The notes under the pieces: generated by a model
Seen by the model: the letters and a program-made list of their open reading frames with translations, nothing else
What the model was told of the DNA's origin: nothing
Database searches by the model: none
Shown: positions 32,919-42,418 of the stretch, in pieces
How positions within the stretch are numbered: the first letter of the stretch is position 1
Layout of the letters: every line of letters begins with the position of its first letter
Position numbers and translations under genes: made by a program
NCBI GenBank assembly: GCA_044442785.1
Contig: JBISJT010000001.1
Span: forward strand, 48,831 to 112,830
Reading direction: 5' to 3'
Source of the DNA: Candidatus Makana argininalis
Lineage (GTDB): Bacteria > Pseudomonadota > Gammaproteobacteria > Enterobacterales > Enterobacteriaceae
Length of the DNA stretch: 64,000 nt

Positions 32919-33838
32919 TTTAAATTATAATATTGATTATTCAACATAGGAAAATGTAATGATTTTCTTAAAAGAAAATAAGATTTAGCAATATATTTTG
33001 TCAAATTTCTTATTTCTAGAATATATCTTTTTCTTTCATTTACTGTAAATATATTTCTAGCATCTAATAAATTAAAATTATTAATTGCTTTTAATGCAAA
33101 TTCATATGCTGGAATTATAAGAGGTTTGTTATTTTTAATTAATTTTTTTGATTCTTTTTTATATTTTTTAAAATTATCTAATAAAAAATGTATATTTGAA
33201 TATTCAAAATTATATTTTGATATTTCTATTTCATTTTGATAAAACAAATCACCATAAGTAATTACTCTTTCATACCCGTAACTCCATATTAATTTATAAA
33301 TACTATCTACATTTTGTATATTCATAGCTAATCTCTCAAGACCATAAGTGATTTCTACTAAAACAGGCACACATTCAAAACCTCCTACTTGTTGAAAGTA
33401 TGTAAATTGAGTTATTTCTATATCATTTAATAAAATTTCCCATCCAATACCCCAAGATCCTAATGTTGGATTTTCCCAATTATCTTCTACAAATCTTAAA
33501 TCATTAATATTTAAATCTAAACCTACATTTAATAATGATTCTAAATAAATATTCTTAATATTATTTAAAGAAGGTTTAATTATAACTTGTAATTGATAAT
33601 AATGATTTAATCTGTTTGGATTTTTACCATATCTGCCATCACATGGTCTTCTAGTGGATTGTACATAAATTGCTGAAATTGGTTCAGGACCAATTGCTCT
33701 AAGATATGTTATAGGATGAGATGTTCCAGCTCCAACTTCAATATCTATTGGTTGAATTAAAATACAACCGTGGTTAATCCAAAAATTTTGTAAAGATAAT
33801 ATTAAACCTTGAAATGTTTTTGTATTATATTTTTTCAT
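32915..33838 (-). CDS. glyQ: glycine--tRNA ligase alpha subunit
   Basis: 307 aa. Contains [27 protein letters not shown] and GLERLAM. It ends with TGA at the natural C-terminus. Confidence 0.95.
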   Translation of the reverse strand: MKKYNTKTFQGLILSLQNFWINHGCILIQPIDIEVGAGTSHPITYLRAIGPEPISAIYVQSTRRPCDGRYGKNPNRLNHYYQLQVIIKPSLNNIKNIYLESLLNVGLDLNINDLRFVEDNWENPTLGSWGIGWEILLNDIEITQFTYFQQVGGFECVPVLVEITYGLERLAMNIQNVDSIYKLIWSYGYERVITYGDLFYQNEIEISKYNFEYSNIHFLLDNFKKYKKESKKLIKNNKPLIIPAYEFALKAINNFNLLDARNIFTVNERKRYILEIRNLTKYIAKSYFLLRKSLHFPMLNNQYYNLK

Positions 33839-33879
33839 ATATATATTTTATTTAAATTTTTTAAAAAAATTATTTATTT

Positions 33880-35286
33880 TTAAAAATTAGAATTTTTTGG
33901 AATTCTAGGAAAAGGTATTACATCACGAATATTGTTTAAACCTGTTATAAACATAATTAATCTTTCAAAACCCAATCCAAAACCTGAATGAGGTACAGTT
34001 CCATAAATTCTTAAATCTCTATACCAATTATATTCTTTTTTATTTACATTCATTTCTTTTAATCTAATATCTAATTTTTTAATACGTTCTTCACGCTGAG
34101 ATCCACCAATTATTTCCCCTATTTTAGGAAATAAAAAATCCATTGCAGCAACAGTTTTATTATCTTTATTAATTCTCATATAAAAAGCTTTTATATATTT
34201 AGGATAATCTATAATTATAATTGGAGATTTAAAATAAATTTCTGTTAAATATTTTTCATGTTCAAATGATAAATCTTTACCATAAAATATTTTATTTTTA
34301 AAATTATTACTATTTTTTTCTAAAATTATTATTATTTCTTTATATTTAATTTGTAAAAAATCAAATATTAAAATTTTTTCTAATCTAGAAATTATTTTTT
34401 TATCTATTTTTTGTTTTAAAAATATTATATCTTCTGTTCTTTCATGTATAACTAAATTTATTATATATTTAATCATATTTATAGATAATAATATTATATC
34501 ATTTAATTTATAGAATGCAACTTCAGGTTCAATCATCCAAAATTCAGAAAGATGTCTATTAGTATTAGAATTTTCAGCTCTAAAAACAGGACCAAAAGTA
34601 TATATTTTTGATAAACTACAAGCATAACTTTCGCAATTTAATTGACCAGACACTGTTAAAAACGACTCTTTTCCAAAAAAATCTTTTTTATAATTTATTT
34701 TTTTTTCTTTATTTAAAATAATCTTATTTAAATTTAATGTTGATACTCTGAATCTTTTACAAGTAAATTCTGTATTAAAAGATGTTATTAATGGAGAAGC
34801 TAACCAAAAAAAACCATTTAAATCCATAAATTTATGTATTGCTTTTGCAGTACTATGTCTTATTCTGGTAACAGCACCTATTAGATTTGTTCTTGATCTA
34901 AGATGTAATACTTCTCTTAGATATTCTAAACTATGTCTTTTGGAAGATATTGGATATTTATGAGGATTTTTAACAGATCCTATTAAACTAATTGAATCAG
35001 CAAGAATTTCATATTTTTGATGAATTCCTATAGAATGTACAATCTTGCCTTTAACAGAAATAGAACACCCTGTTGTTAATTTTAAAACAAGATTTTCATA
35101 ATTTGATATTTTTTTATTAACTATAATTTGAATAGAAGAAAAACATGATCCATCATAAACAGTAATAAAAGAAATACCTAATTTTGAATTTCTTTTGTTT
35201 TTAACCCACCCTTTTACATTTATTGTTTTATTTATAGGTATTAAACCATTAATTAAATCTACAATATAAACAATTTTCATATTCAT
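33880..35286 (-). CDS. asnS: asparagine--tRNA ligase
   Basis: 468 aa (E. coli 466). Contains FRAENSNTNRHLSEFWMIEPE, GGSQREER and GFGLGFERLI. Confidence 0.95.
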   Translation of the reverse strand: MNMKIVYIVDLINGLIPINKTINVKGWVKNKRNSKLGISFITVYDGSCFSSIQIIVNKKISNYENLVLKLTTGCSISVKGKIVHSIGIHQKYEILADSISLIGSVKNPHKYPISSKRHSLEYLREVLHLRSRTNLIGAVTRIRHSTAKAIHKFMDLNGFFWLASPLITSFNTEFTCKRFRVSTLNLNKIILNKEKKINYKKDFFGKESFLTVSGQLNCESYACSLSKIYTFGPVFRAENSNTNRHLSEFWMIEPEVAFYKLNDIILLSINMIKYIINLVIHERTEDIIFLKQKIDKKIISRLEKILIFDFLQIKYKEIIIILEKNSNNFKNKIFYGKDLSFEHEKYLTEIYFKSPIIIIDYPKYIKAFYMRINKDNKTVAAMDFLFPKIGEIIGGSQREERIKKLDIRLKEMNVNKKEYNWYRDLRIYGTVPHSGFGLGFERLIMFITGLNNIRDVIPFPRIPKNSNF

Positions 35287-35438
35287 ATCTCTTAATTAAT
35301 ATAAATAAATTAATTTAAATATTAAAAAATATTTATAAATTAATAAATTTATATTATACTGTAAATATATTAAAATATAATAATTAATATTATTATTTAT
35401 AATAAATAAATTATTTTATTAAAATTTATAGGTTAAAA

Positions 35439-36131
35439 ATGATTTTTAATAAACTAGTATTAGTAAGACATGGTGAAAGTTTATGGAATAAAGAAAATAA
35501 ATTTACTGGATGGACTGATATTGATTTATCTAAGCATGGTAAAAAAGAATCTATAAATGCTGTAAAAAAATTAAAAAAAAATAAATTTTTATTTGATATA
35601 GCATATACGTCAATGTTAACTAGAGCTATACATACTTTATGGATTTTATTATATAAATTAAATTTATCATGGATACCTGTAAAAAAATCTTGGCGTTTAA
35701 ATGAAAGACATTATGGATATTTACAAGGCATGAACAAAGAATTAGCTATTAAAAAATATGGAATAAAAAAAATACAAAAATGGCGTCGCAGTGTTAATAG
35801 TTTACCCCCAGAAATAAATATACATGATAAAAGATTTCCAGGAAAAGAGATTAGATATTCAAATTTAGACAAAAAATATTTGCCTCTTTCTGAAAGTTTA
35901 TTATTAACTATTAAAAGAATTTTTCCTTATTGGAAAAAAGAAATTTTACCAAAAATAAAAAATGGTTCAAAAATTATAATTGTAGCACATGGTAATTCTA
36001 TTAGATCTTTAATTAAAATAATTGACAATTTAAGTGAAGATAATCTTGAAAAATTAAATATACCAACAGCCAAACCTTTAATTTATGAATTTGATAAAAA
36101 TATTAAACCGATTAACAAATATTATATTTAA
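35439..36131 (+). CDS. gpmA: 2,3-bisphosphoglycerate-dependent phosphoglycerate mutase
   Basis: 230 aa. Contains LVRHGESLWNKENKFTGW, RLNERHYG and VAHGNSIR. Confidence 0.95.
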   Translation: MIFNKLVLVRHGESLWNKENKFTGWTDIDLSKHGKKESINAVKKLKKNKFLFDIAYTSMLTRAIHTLWILLYKLNLSWIPVKKSWRLNERHYGYLQGMNKELAIKKYGIKKIQKWRRSVNSLPPEINIHDKRFPGKEIRYSNLDKKYLPLSESLLLTIKRIFPYWKKEILPKIKNGSKIIIVAHGNSIRSLIKIIDNLSEDNLEKLNIPTAKPLIYEFDKNIKPINKYYI

Positions 36132-36196
36132 ACTAACTTATAAATATTAAAATTATTTAACAAATAATTTTAATATTTATAAGTTAGTTTAAATAT
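36124..36196. terminator. 73-nt perfect hairpin (35-bp arms, 3-nt loop) between convergent gpmA and rplS; candidate bidirectional terminator
   Basis: 36124-36158 pairs with 36196-36162 (checked base by base). It overlaps the gpmA stop codon and ends 8 nt from the rplS stop. Confidence 0.5.
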
Positions 36197-36203
36197 GAAT
36201 AAA

Positions 36204-36551
36204 TTATTTTATTCTTGTTTTAATTCTCGATGCTTTTGCTGTACGATGTCTAATATAATAAATTTTAGATTTTTTAACAATACCTCTTTTTTTAATTGAT
36301 ATTTTTTTTATAATATTTGAAAATTTTTCAAAAACTCTTTCTATTCCTTCACCATTAGATATTTTACGAACAGTAAATGAAGAATTAATACCTCTGTTTT
36401 TAATAGCAATAACAATACCTTCAAAATTTTGAATTCTTTTTTTATCACCCTCAAATATATATATTTTAACTTCTATACAATCTCCTGTTCTAAATAAAGG
36501 TATATTTTTATTAATATATTGATTTTCAATTTTATTTATTAAATTACTCAT
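36204..36551 (-). CDS. rplS: 50S ribosomal protein L19
   Basis: 115 aa. Contains FRTGD, GIVIAIKNRG and FTVRKIS.GEGIERVF. Confidence 0.95.
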   Translation of the reverse strand: MSNLINKIENQYINKNIPLFRTGDCIEVKIYIFEGDKKRIQNFEGIVIAIKNRGINSSFTVRKISNGEGIERVFEKFSNIIKKISIKKRGIVKKSKIYYIRHRTAKASRIKTRIK

Positions 36552-36999
36552 ATTTAATTATTACCTTTTTAATTTTTTAAAAAAATAGATTTTTGATATA
36601 TTTTTAAAATTAATAATCTTTAATTTTTTATAAAATTAAAATAAAATATTAAATTAAATTTATTTAATAAGAAATTGTTATTTATAATTAATAATAAATA
36701 ATATTAATTATTTATTAATTATTAATAAATAAAAGATGTTTATTAAATTTATTAAAATAATTTTATATAAAATAGTATAAATATTTATACTTTTTTTTAA
36801 TTAATTATATATTTAATAATAATTAAATATATAATTAATTAAAAAAAAAATAAAATAAAAAGTATAAAATATATTATTTGAATTATAAAAAAGTTTTTAA
36901 AAAAAAAAATTATATTTTTAATATAAAAATTAAAAACATATAATTTTATTTATTATATATTTTAATTATTTTTGTTAAATAAATATTAATTGAAATTAT

Positions 37000-37272
37000 T
37001 TAAATTTTTAATTTTTTTAAAATACTATTTTTAGTTATATTTTTTTTTAAAATAAAAGAAACTCTTTTAGAAACAATGGCACCTATATTAATCCAATAAT
37101 TTATACGATTTAAATTAAAATAAACGTTTTGATTATTACTTTTATTTTTTGGATCAAAAAAACCTAAATTTTCAATAAATTTTCCATCTCTAGGATTTCT
37201 TGAATCTGTTACTATTATTTTATAAAATATATTTTTTTTTGATCCAGATCTAGTTAAACGAATTTTTACCAT
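37000..37272 (-). CDS. rpsP: 30S ribosomal protein S16
   Basis: 90 aa. N-terminus [25 protein letters not shown]. Confidence 0.95.
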   Translation of the reverse strand: MVKIRLTRSGSKKNIFYKIIVTDSRNPRDGKFIENLGFFDPKNKSNNQNVYFNLNRINYWINIGAIVSKRVSFILKKNITKNSILKKLKI

Positions 37273-37407
37273 ATAATTCCTTAAACATAAAATGTTTATT
37301 AAAAATTAATTAAAAATTAATTAAAAATTAAATATATAAAAATATATAAATAAATTTATAATATTAACAATTTATATTATTAATATTATTATATATAAAT
37401 TTGGAAT

Positions 37408-37529
37408 TTAATTCCATTTTAAATTATTAAAATTAAAATAATTTATTAATATATAATAAATATTAAAATAATTTTATTTATTATATATTAATAAATTATT
37501 TTAATTTTAATAATTTAAAATGGAATTAA
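37408..37529. repeat. 122-bp inverted repeat (perfect 55-bp arms, 12-nt loop) immediately upstream of and overlapping the recA 5' end
   Basis: 37408-37462 pairs with 37529-37475 base for base. The right arm contains ATGGAATTAA (the first ATG of the recA ORF), and the left arm contains its mirror image. Confidence 0.9.
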
Positions 37530-38527
37530 TAATGATTGAAGATAATGAAAAAACAAAATCTTTAAAAAAAGTGTTAGATCAAATAGAAAAACAATTTGGA
37601 AAAGGTTCAATAATGAGATTAGGAGAAGATCGTTCTATGGATGTTGAAACAATTTCAACAGGATCTCTTTCTTTAGATATTGCACTAGGATCAGGAGGTC
37701 TTCCTTTAGGTAGAATTGTTGAAATATATGGACCAGAATCATCTGGCAAAACAACTTTGACATTACAAATTATAGCAACATTTCAAAAAAAAAATAAAAT
37801 TTGTGCTTTTATCGATGCAGAACATGCTCTAGATCCAATATATGCTAAACAAGTTGGTGTTGATATTGATAATCTTCTTTGTTCTCAACCTGATAATGGA
37901 GAACAAGCTTTAGAAATTTGTGATTCTTTAACAAAGTCTGGTGCAGTAGATTTAATAGTTGTAGATTCTGTTGCAGCTCTTACACCAAAAGCAGAAATTG
38001 ATGGAGAGATAGGAGATTCACATATGGGTTTGACTGCTAGAATGATGAGCCAAGCTATGAGAAAATTATCTGTAAATTTAAAAAATTCGAATACTTTATT
38101 AATATTTATAAATCAAATACGTATGAAAATAGGTATAACATATGGAAATCCAGAGACAACAACAGGAGGTAATGCACTTAAATTTTATTCATCAGTGAGA
38201 TTGGATATTAGACGTATAGGATATATTAAAAAAGATGATTTAATAATAGGCAATGATACTAGAGTTAAAGTAATTAAAAATAAAATATCTGTTCCTTTTA
38301 AACAAGCAGAATTTCAAATTATATATGGTAATGGTATTAATGTTATTAATGAACTTATAAATATTAGTTTAAACTATAATTTAATTAAAAGATCTGGATC
38401 TTGGTATAGTTATAATGGTAAAAAAATAGGACAAGGTAAATTAAATGTTGAGAAATTTTTAAAATATAAACCAGAAATATATAAAAAAATATACAATAAA
38501 ATAAGAACATTAATTTTTAAAAAATAA
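37520..38527 (+). CDS. recA: recombinase RecA
   Basis: Very high similarity to E. coli RecA through the core ([70 protein letters not shown]). The second ATG at 37532 (MIEDNEK, versus MAIDENK) is the likelier true start. Confidence 0.95.
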   Translation: MELIMIEDNEKTKSLKKVLDQIEKQFGKGSIMRLGEDRSMDVETISTGSLSLDIALGSGGLPLGRIVEIYGPESSGKTTLTLQIIATFQKKNKICAFIDAEHALDPIYAKQVGVDIDNLLCSQPDNGEQALEICDSLTKSGAVDLIVVDSVAALTPKAEIDGEIGDSHMGLTARMMSQAMRKLSVNLKNSNTLLIFINQIRMKIGITYGNPETTTGGNALKFYSSVRLDIRRIGYIKKDDLIIGNDTRVKVIKNKISVPFKQAEFQIIYGNGINVINELINISLNYNLIKRSGSWYSYNGKKIGQGKLNVEKFLKYKPEIYKKIYNKIRTLIFKK

Positions 38528-38637
38528 TTTTTAAAATTAAATATTAATATTTAATAAAATTTAATTATTTATTTAAAATAATTAATTATATTTAATAAAT
38601 TTATTTATAAAAAAATTCTTTATACATTGAGAAATAT

Positions 38638-39975
38638 ATGACAAATAGTAGTTATAACATACGTAAAAAATTTATTAATTTTTTTAAAATTAAAAATCAT
38701 AAAGTAATTAAAGGAAGTTCGCTTTTAATAAATAATGATAAATCAATTATGTTTACAAATTCAGGAATGAATCAATTTAAAAATATTTTTTTAAATTCAA
38801 ATAATTTTCCTTATAAAAGAGTAGTAACATCTCAAAATTGTGTTAGAGCAGGTGGCAAACATAATGATTTAGAAAATGTAGGTTATACATCTCATCATCA
38901 TACTTTTTTTGAAATGCTCGGTAATTTTAGTTTTAATGATTATTTTAAAAAAGAAGCAATTTTGTTTGCATGGGAGTTATTAACAGATAAAAATTGGTTT
39001 AATATACCTAAAAATAAACTTATAGTTACTTATTATTATAAAGATCATGAAACATATAAAATATGGTTAAATGAAATAAAATTATCAAAAAATAATATAA
39101 TTGCAATTGGAGATAATAATATAGGTAAAAATATTTCTGATAATTTTTGGCAAATGGGGGAAACAGGGCCATGTGGACCATGTTCAGAAATATTTTATGA
39201 CAGGGGTAAAAATATTGATGGTAATAAACCTGGAAATAAAAAAATAACAGGTAATAGATATATTGAAATATGGAATTTAGTTTTTATACAATTTAATAAA
39301 AAATATAATGGAGATTTAATAAAATTAGATAAACCTTATGTTGATACAGGAATGGGTCTTGAAAGAATTTCTTCGGTACTACAAAATGTTGATTCAAATT
39401 TTAAAATTGATATTTTTAAAAAACTTATATTATCAATATCTAATATACTTGATATTAAAAATATTAGTAACAAATCTTTATTTGTTATATCAGATCATAT
39501 TAGATCTTGTTTTTTTTTAATAAATGATGGTTTAACCCCTTCAAATGAAGGTAAAGGTTATGTTCTTAGACGTATCATAAGAAGAGCTATAACACATGGT
39601 AAAATTTTAGGCAGTAAAAAACCATTTTTATATAAAATAATATCACATATATTTTATATAATGAAAATCAAATCAAGTAAAATAATTACAAATAAAAATA
39701 AAATTATAGATATTATCTTATCAGAAGAGAAACAATTTGAAAAAACTATAAATATAGGTTTAAATATATTAAAAAAAAAAATAAATAATATTAAATCTAA
39801 TTTTTTAGATGGTAATACTGTTTTTAAACTTTACGATACTTATGGATTTCCAATAGACTTAATAAGAGATGTATGTAAAGAAAAAAAAATAGATATTGAT
39901 GAAAATATTTTTAATAAAAAAATGAATGAACAAAAAAAAAGATCAATTAAAAAAAGTTGTTTTGCAAAAAAATAA
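38638..39975 (+). CDS. alaS: alanine--tRNA ligase, N-terminal aminoacylation/tRNA-recognition domains only (445 aa; editing and C-Ala domains absent)
   Basis: Aligns with roughly the first 460 residues of E. coli AlaRS (FTNSGMNQFK, RAGGKHNDLENVG, WQMGETGPCGPCSEIFYD, GMGLERI, LYDTYGFPIDL). TAA at 39973-39975 is followed by 275 nt of AT-only spacer and then tRNA-Ser. Confidence 0.9.
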   Translation: MTNSSYNIRKKFINFFKIKNHKVIKGSSLLINNDKSIMFTNSGMNQFKNIFLNSNNFPYKRVVTSQNCVRAGGKHNDLENVGYTSHHHTFFEMLGNFSFNDYFKKEAILFAWELLTDKNWFNIPKNKLIVTYYYKDHETYKIWLNEIKLSKNNIIAIGDNNIGKNISDNFWQMGETGPCGPCSEIFYDRGKNIDGNKPGNKKITGNRYIEIWNLVFIQFNKKYNGDLIKLDKPYVDTGMGLERISSVLQNVDSNFKIDIFKKLILSISNILDIKNISNKSLFVISDHIRSCFFLINDGLTPSNEGKGYVLRRIIRRAITHGKILGSKKPFLYKIISHIFYIMKIKSSKIITNKNKIIDIILSEEKQFEKTINIGLNILKKKINNIKSNFLDGNTVFKLYDTYGFPIDLIRDVCKEKKIDIDENIFNKKMNEQKKRSIKKSCFAKK

Positions 39976-40200
39976 ATTTATTTAATAAAATAAAATATCA
40001 AAATATTTAATATATTCAAAAATATTAAAATATTTAAAAAAAATATATTAAATAATTTTTTATTAAAATAATTTAAAATATTTAAATTTTTAAAATAAAT
40101 TAAAACAAAACTTATTATATTCATTAAATATTAAATTAAATGTAATATTTTTAAAAAAAATAATTTTGTATTTTTAAAAATAAATATTAAGTTTATTACA

Positions 40201-40228
40201 TTGACAATTAATATAATAATTTTATTAT
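40201..40228 (+). promoter_or_regulatory. sigma70-like promoter candidate for tRNA-Ser/tRNA-Arg (TTGACA-16 nt-TATTAT)
   Basis: Consensus TTGACA at 40201-40206, a 16-nt spacer, then TATTAT at 40223-40228, about 22 nt upstream of the tRNA-Ser 5' end. Confidence 0.4.
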
Positions 40229-40250
40229 ATTATAAATATAAATAATTAAA

Positions 40251-40340
40251 GGTGAGATGGCTGAGAGGTTTAAGGCTCTCCTTTGCTAATGGAGTGTACA
40301 GTTATAATCTGTATCGAGGGTTCAAATCCCTCTCTCACCT
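40251..40340 (+). tRNA. serV: tRNA-Ser (GCU)
   Basis: GGTGAGATGGCTGAGAGGTTTAAGGCTCTCCTTTGCTAATGGAG + long variable arm + GAGGGTTCAAATCCCTCTCTCACC resembles E. coli serV. It follows alaS, as in E. coli. Confidence 0.9.
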
Positions 40341-40350
40341 AAATTTAAAT

Positions 40351-40424
40351 GCACCCGTAGCTCATTTGGATAGAGCACTCGGCTACGAACCGAGAGGTAA
40401 TAGGTTCAAATCCTTTCGGGTGCG
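40351..40424 (+). tRNA. argV: tRNA-Arg (ACG)
   Basis: GCACCCGTAGCTCATTTGGATAGAGCACTCGGCTACGAACCGAGAGGTAATAGGTTCAAATCCTTTCGGGTGCG resembles the E. coli argV family. Confidence 0.9.
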
Positions 40425-40521
40425 TTAATTATGTTTAAAAAATTCACTAAACAATATAATTTAAGAAATTAAAATAAATATATTTTATATTCTTTAAATA
40501 AATATAAAATTTTGGAAATTT

Positions 40522-41772
40522 ATGTTAAAAAATAAAATAAATTTTTTAAGTTATGATAAAAAAATTTGGAATGCAATTAAAAAAGAAAAAAAAAGACAGG
40601 AAAATAACATACAACTTATTGCTTCTGAAAATTATACAAGTTATAGAGTAATGTATGCACAAGGATCATGTTTAACTAATAAATATGCAGAAGGGTATCC
40701 TGGTAAACGTTATTATAGTGGATGTGAAAATGTAGACTTTATAGAACAACTAGCAATTAATAGAGCTAAAAAATTATTTTCTGCTGACTATGCAAATGTC
40801 CAACCTCATTCTGGTTCTCAAGCTAATTTTGCTGTATATGCAGCTTTATTGAAACCAGGAGATACAATTATCGGAATGAAGGTTTCAAGTGGAGGACATA
40901 TAACACATGGTTCTTCAATTAATTTATCAGGAAAACTGTATAAAGTAATAAATTACGGATTAAATGATAAAGAAAAAATCAATTATTCAGAATTATATTT
41001 AATATCTAAAATTTATAAACCAAAAATGATTATAGGTGGTTTTTCTTCATATTCAAGAATTATTGATTGGAAAAAAATGCGTAAAATTGCTGATGAATTT
41101 GGTTGTTATTTATTAGCAGATATTTCACATGTATCTGGATTAATTGCAGCTGGTTTATACCCTAATCCAATTAAATATAGTCATATTGTAACTACAACAA
41201 CCCATAAAACATTATCTGGTCCTAGAGGAGGTATGATTTTAGCTAAAAATGGCAGCAAAAATATGTATAAAAAATTAAATAATGCTGTATTTCCATGTAC
41301 TCAAGGAGGTCCATTAATGCATGTTATAGCTGCTAAAGCAATAGCTTTAAAAGAAGCCATGAATATAAAGTTCATTAAATATCAAAAACAAGTTATTCAA
41401 AATTCTAAATCTATGGTATCAATATTTTTATTAAATAAATTTAGAATTGTTTCTGGTGGAACAGATACTCATTTATTTTTATTAGATTTAACAAATAAAA
41501 AAATTACAGGTAAAAAAGCTAGTAGTATTTTAAGTTTAGCAAATATTATTGTAAATAAAAATTTAATTCCAAATGATTTATTAAAACCTTATTATACATC
41601 TGGTATTCGTATTGGAACTGCTGCTATTACAAAAAGAGGATTTAAAGAATATCAAGTTAAAAAAATTTCTCAATGGATATGTAATATACTGAATGATATA
41701 AATAATAAATTATTAATTAAATTAATTAAAAAAAAAGTTATTAATTTATGTTATCAATTTCCTATATATTAG
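40522..41772 (+). CDS. glyA: serine hydroxymethyltransferase
   Basis: 416 aa (E. coli 417). Contains [23 protein letters not shown] and [14 protein letters not shown]. Confidence 0.95.
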   Translation: MLKNKINFLSYDKKIWNAIKKEKKRQENNIQLIASENYTSYRVMYAQGSCLTNKYAEGYPGKRYYSGCENVDFIEQLAINRAKKLFSADYANVQPHSGSQANFAVYAALLKPGDTIIGMKVSSGGHITHGSSINLSGKLYKVINYGLNDKEKINYSELYLISKIYKPKMIIGGFSSYSRIIDWKKMRKIADEFGCYLLADISHVSGLIAAGLYPNPIKYSHIVTTTTHKTLSGPRGGMILAKNGSKNMYKKLNNAVFPCTQGGPLMHVIAAKAIALKEAMNIKFIKYQKQVIQNSKSMVSIFLLNKFRIVSGGTDTHLFLLDLTNKKITGKKASSILSLANIIVNKNLIPNDLLKPYYTSGIRIGTAAITKRGFKEYQVKKISQWICNILNDINNKLLIKLIKKKVINLCYQFPIY

Positions 41773-41799
41773 AAATTTTTAAAAGAAAAGAAAAAAATT

Positions 41800-42327
41800 T
41801 TATAAATCAATATCTATTAAAATTAACAAAGCAGCATCTCCTCCAAATTTATTTGGTGCTCTATGAAAACTTTTTATATAAGGATTTTTTGAAAGCCAAT
41901 ATGGTATTTTATTTTTTAAAACCAATTTACCATATCCATGAATAATACAAGCGCAATTAATATAATCATTTCTACATTTTTTAATTAAAGCATTTAATTC
42001 TAATTTAGCTTGTATTTTTGTCATTCCATGAACATCTAAAATTATATTAGGATAATAATATCCTTTTTGTAATTTTTTCATTTCACATGATCTTACATCA
42101 TAACGAACATATCTAGTTGGACCATTATTTTTTTTAAAATTTTTAAATTTATTAGAAAAACAAAAATAAATACTTTTTTTAATAGTATTTTTTTTATATA
42201 ATTTAATATATTTTGAAATAATATTTTTTTTTTTTTTTAAATTGTTTTTATATACATCTTGTTTATTAAACATAAATTTTTTAAAAATAAATATTTCATC
42301 TTTTAATATGTGAAATTTTTTTTTCAT
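41800..42327 (-). CDS. smrB: Smr-domain ribosome rescue endonuclease SmrB (YfcN)
   Basis: 175 aa. YVR.DV.., LDVHGMTKIQAKLEL.ALI, CACIIHGYGK and FGGDAALLILI match E. coli SmrB. It is divergent from prmB, as in E. coli. Confidence 0.85.
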   Translation of the reverse strand: MKKKFHILKDEIFIFKKFMFNKQDVYKNNLKKKKNIISKYIKLYKKNTIKKSIYFCFSNKFKNFKKNNGPTRYVRYDVRSCEMKKLQKGYYYPNIILDVHGMTKIQAKLELNALIKKCRNDYINCACIIHGYGKLVLKNKIPYWLSKNPYIKSFHRAPNKFGGDAALLILIDIDL

Positions 42328-42418
42328 TTTTTAATCCATTTTCCTTTTTAAAATATTAAATTTTTTAACAATTATGATCACAAAAATTTAAAAAATAAAA
42401 TTTAAAAATAGAGATTTT

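Noticed and set aside
36552-36999. AT-rich repeats that might be read as a CRISPR array or tandem-repeat locus, here and in other long spacers (13244-13594, 26939-27181, 54297-54572)
   Set aside because: There is no regular repeat-spacer periodicity. The similarity is low-complexity A/T sequence and local palindromes only, and there are no cas genes.
37364-37417. 17-codon mini-ORF (MELNSKFIYNNINNINC) on the minus strand upstream of rpsP; possible leader peptide
   Set aside because: Its ATG and first 10 nt are just the mirror image of the recA start region inside the 122-bp inverted repeat. It has no Shine-Dalgarno sequence and no independent support.
39976-40250. Possible relics of the alaS 3' half or of csrA in the spacer after alaS
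   Set aside because: The interval is 275 nt, far too short for about 430 codons. It is essentially pure A/T with stops in all frames, and I could not find a csrA-like start (MLILTRR).
41748-41945. 65-aa ORF overlapping the glyA 3' end and running antisense to smrB
   Set aside because: It has no conserved features and is explained by overlap with two confidently called genes.
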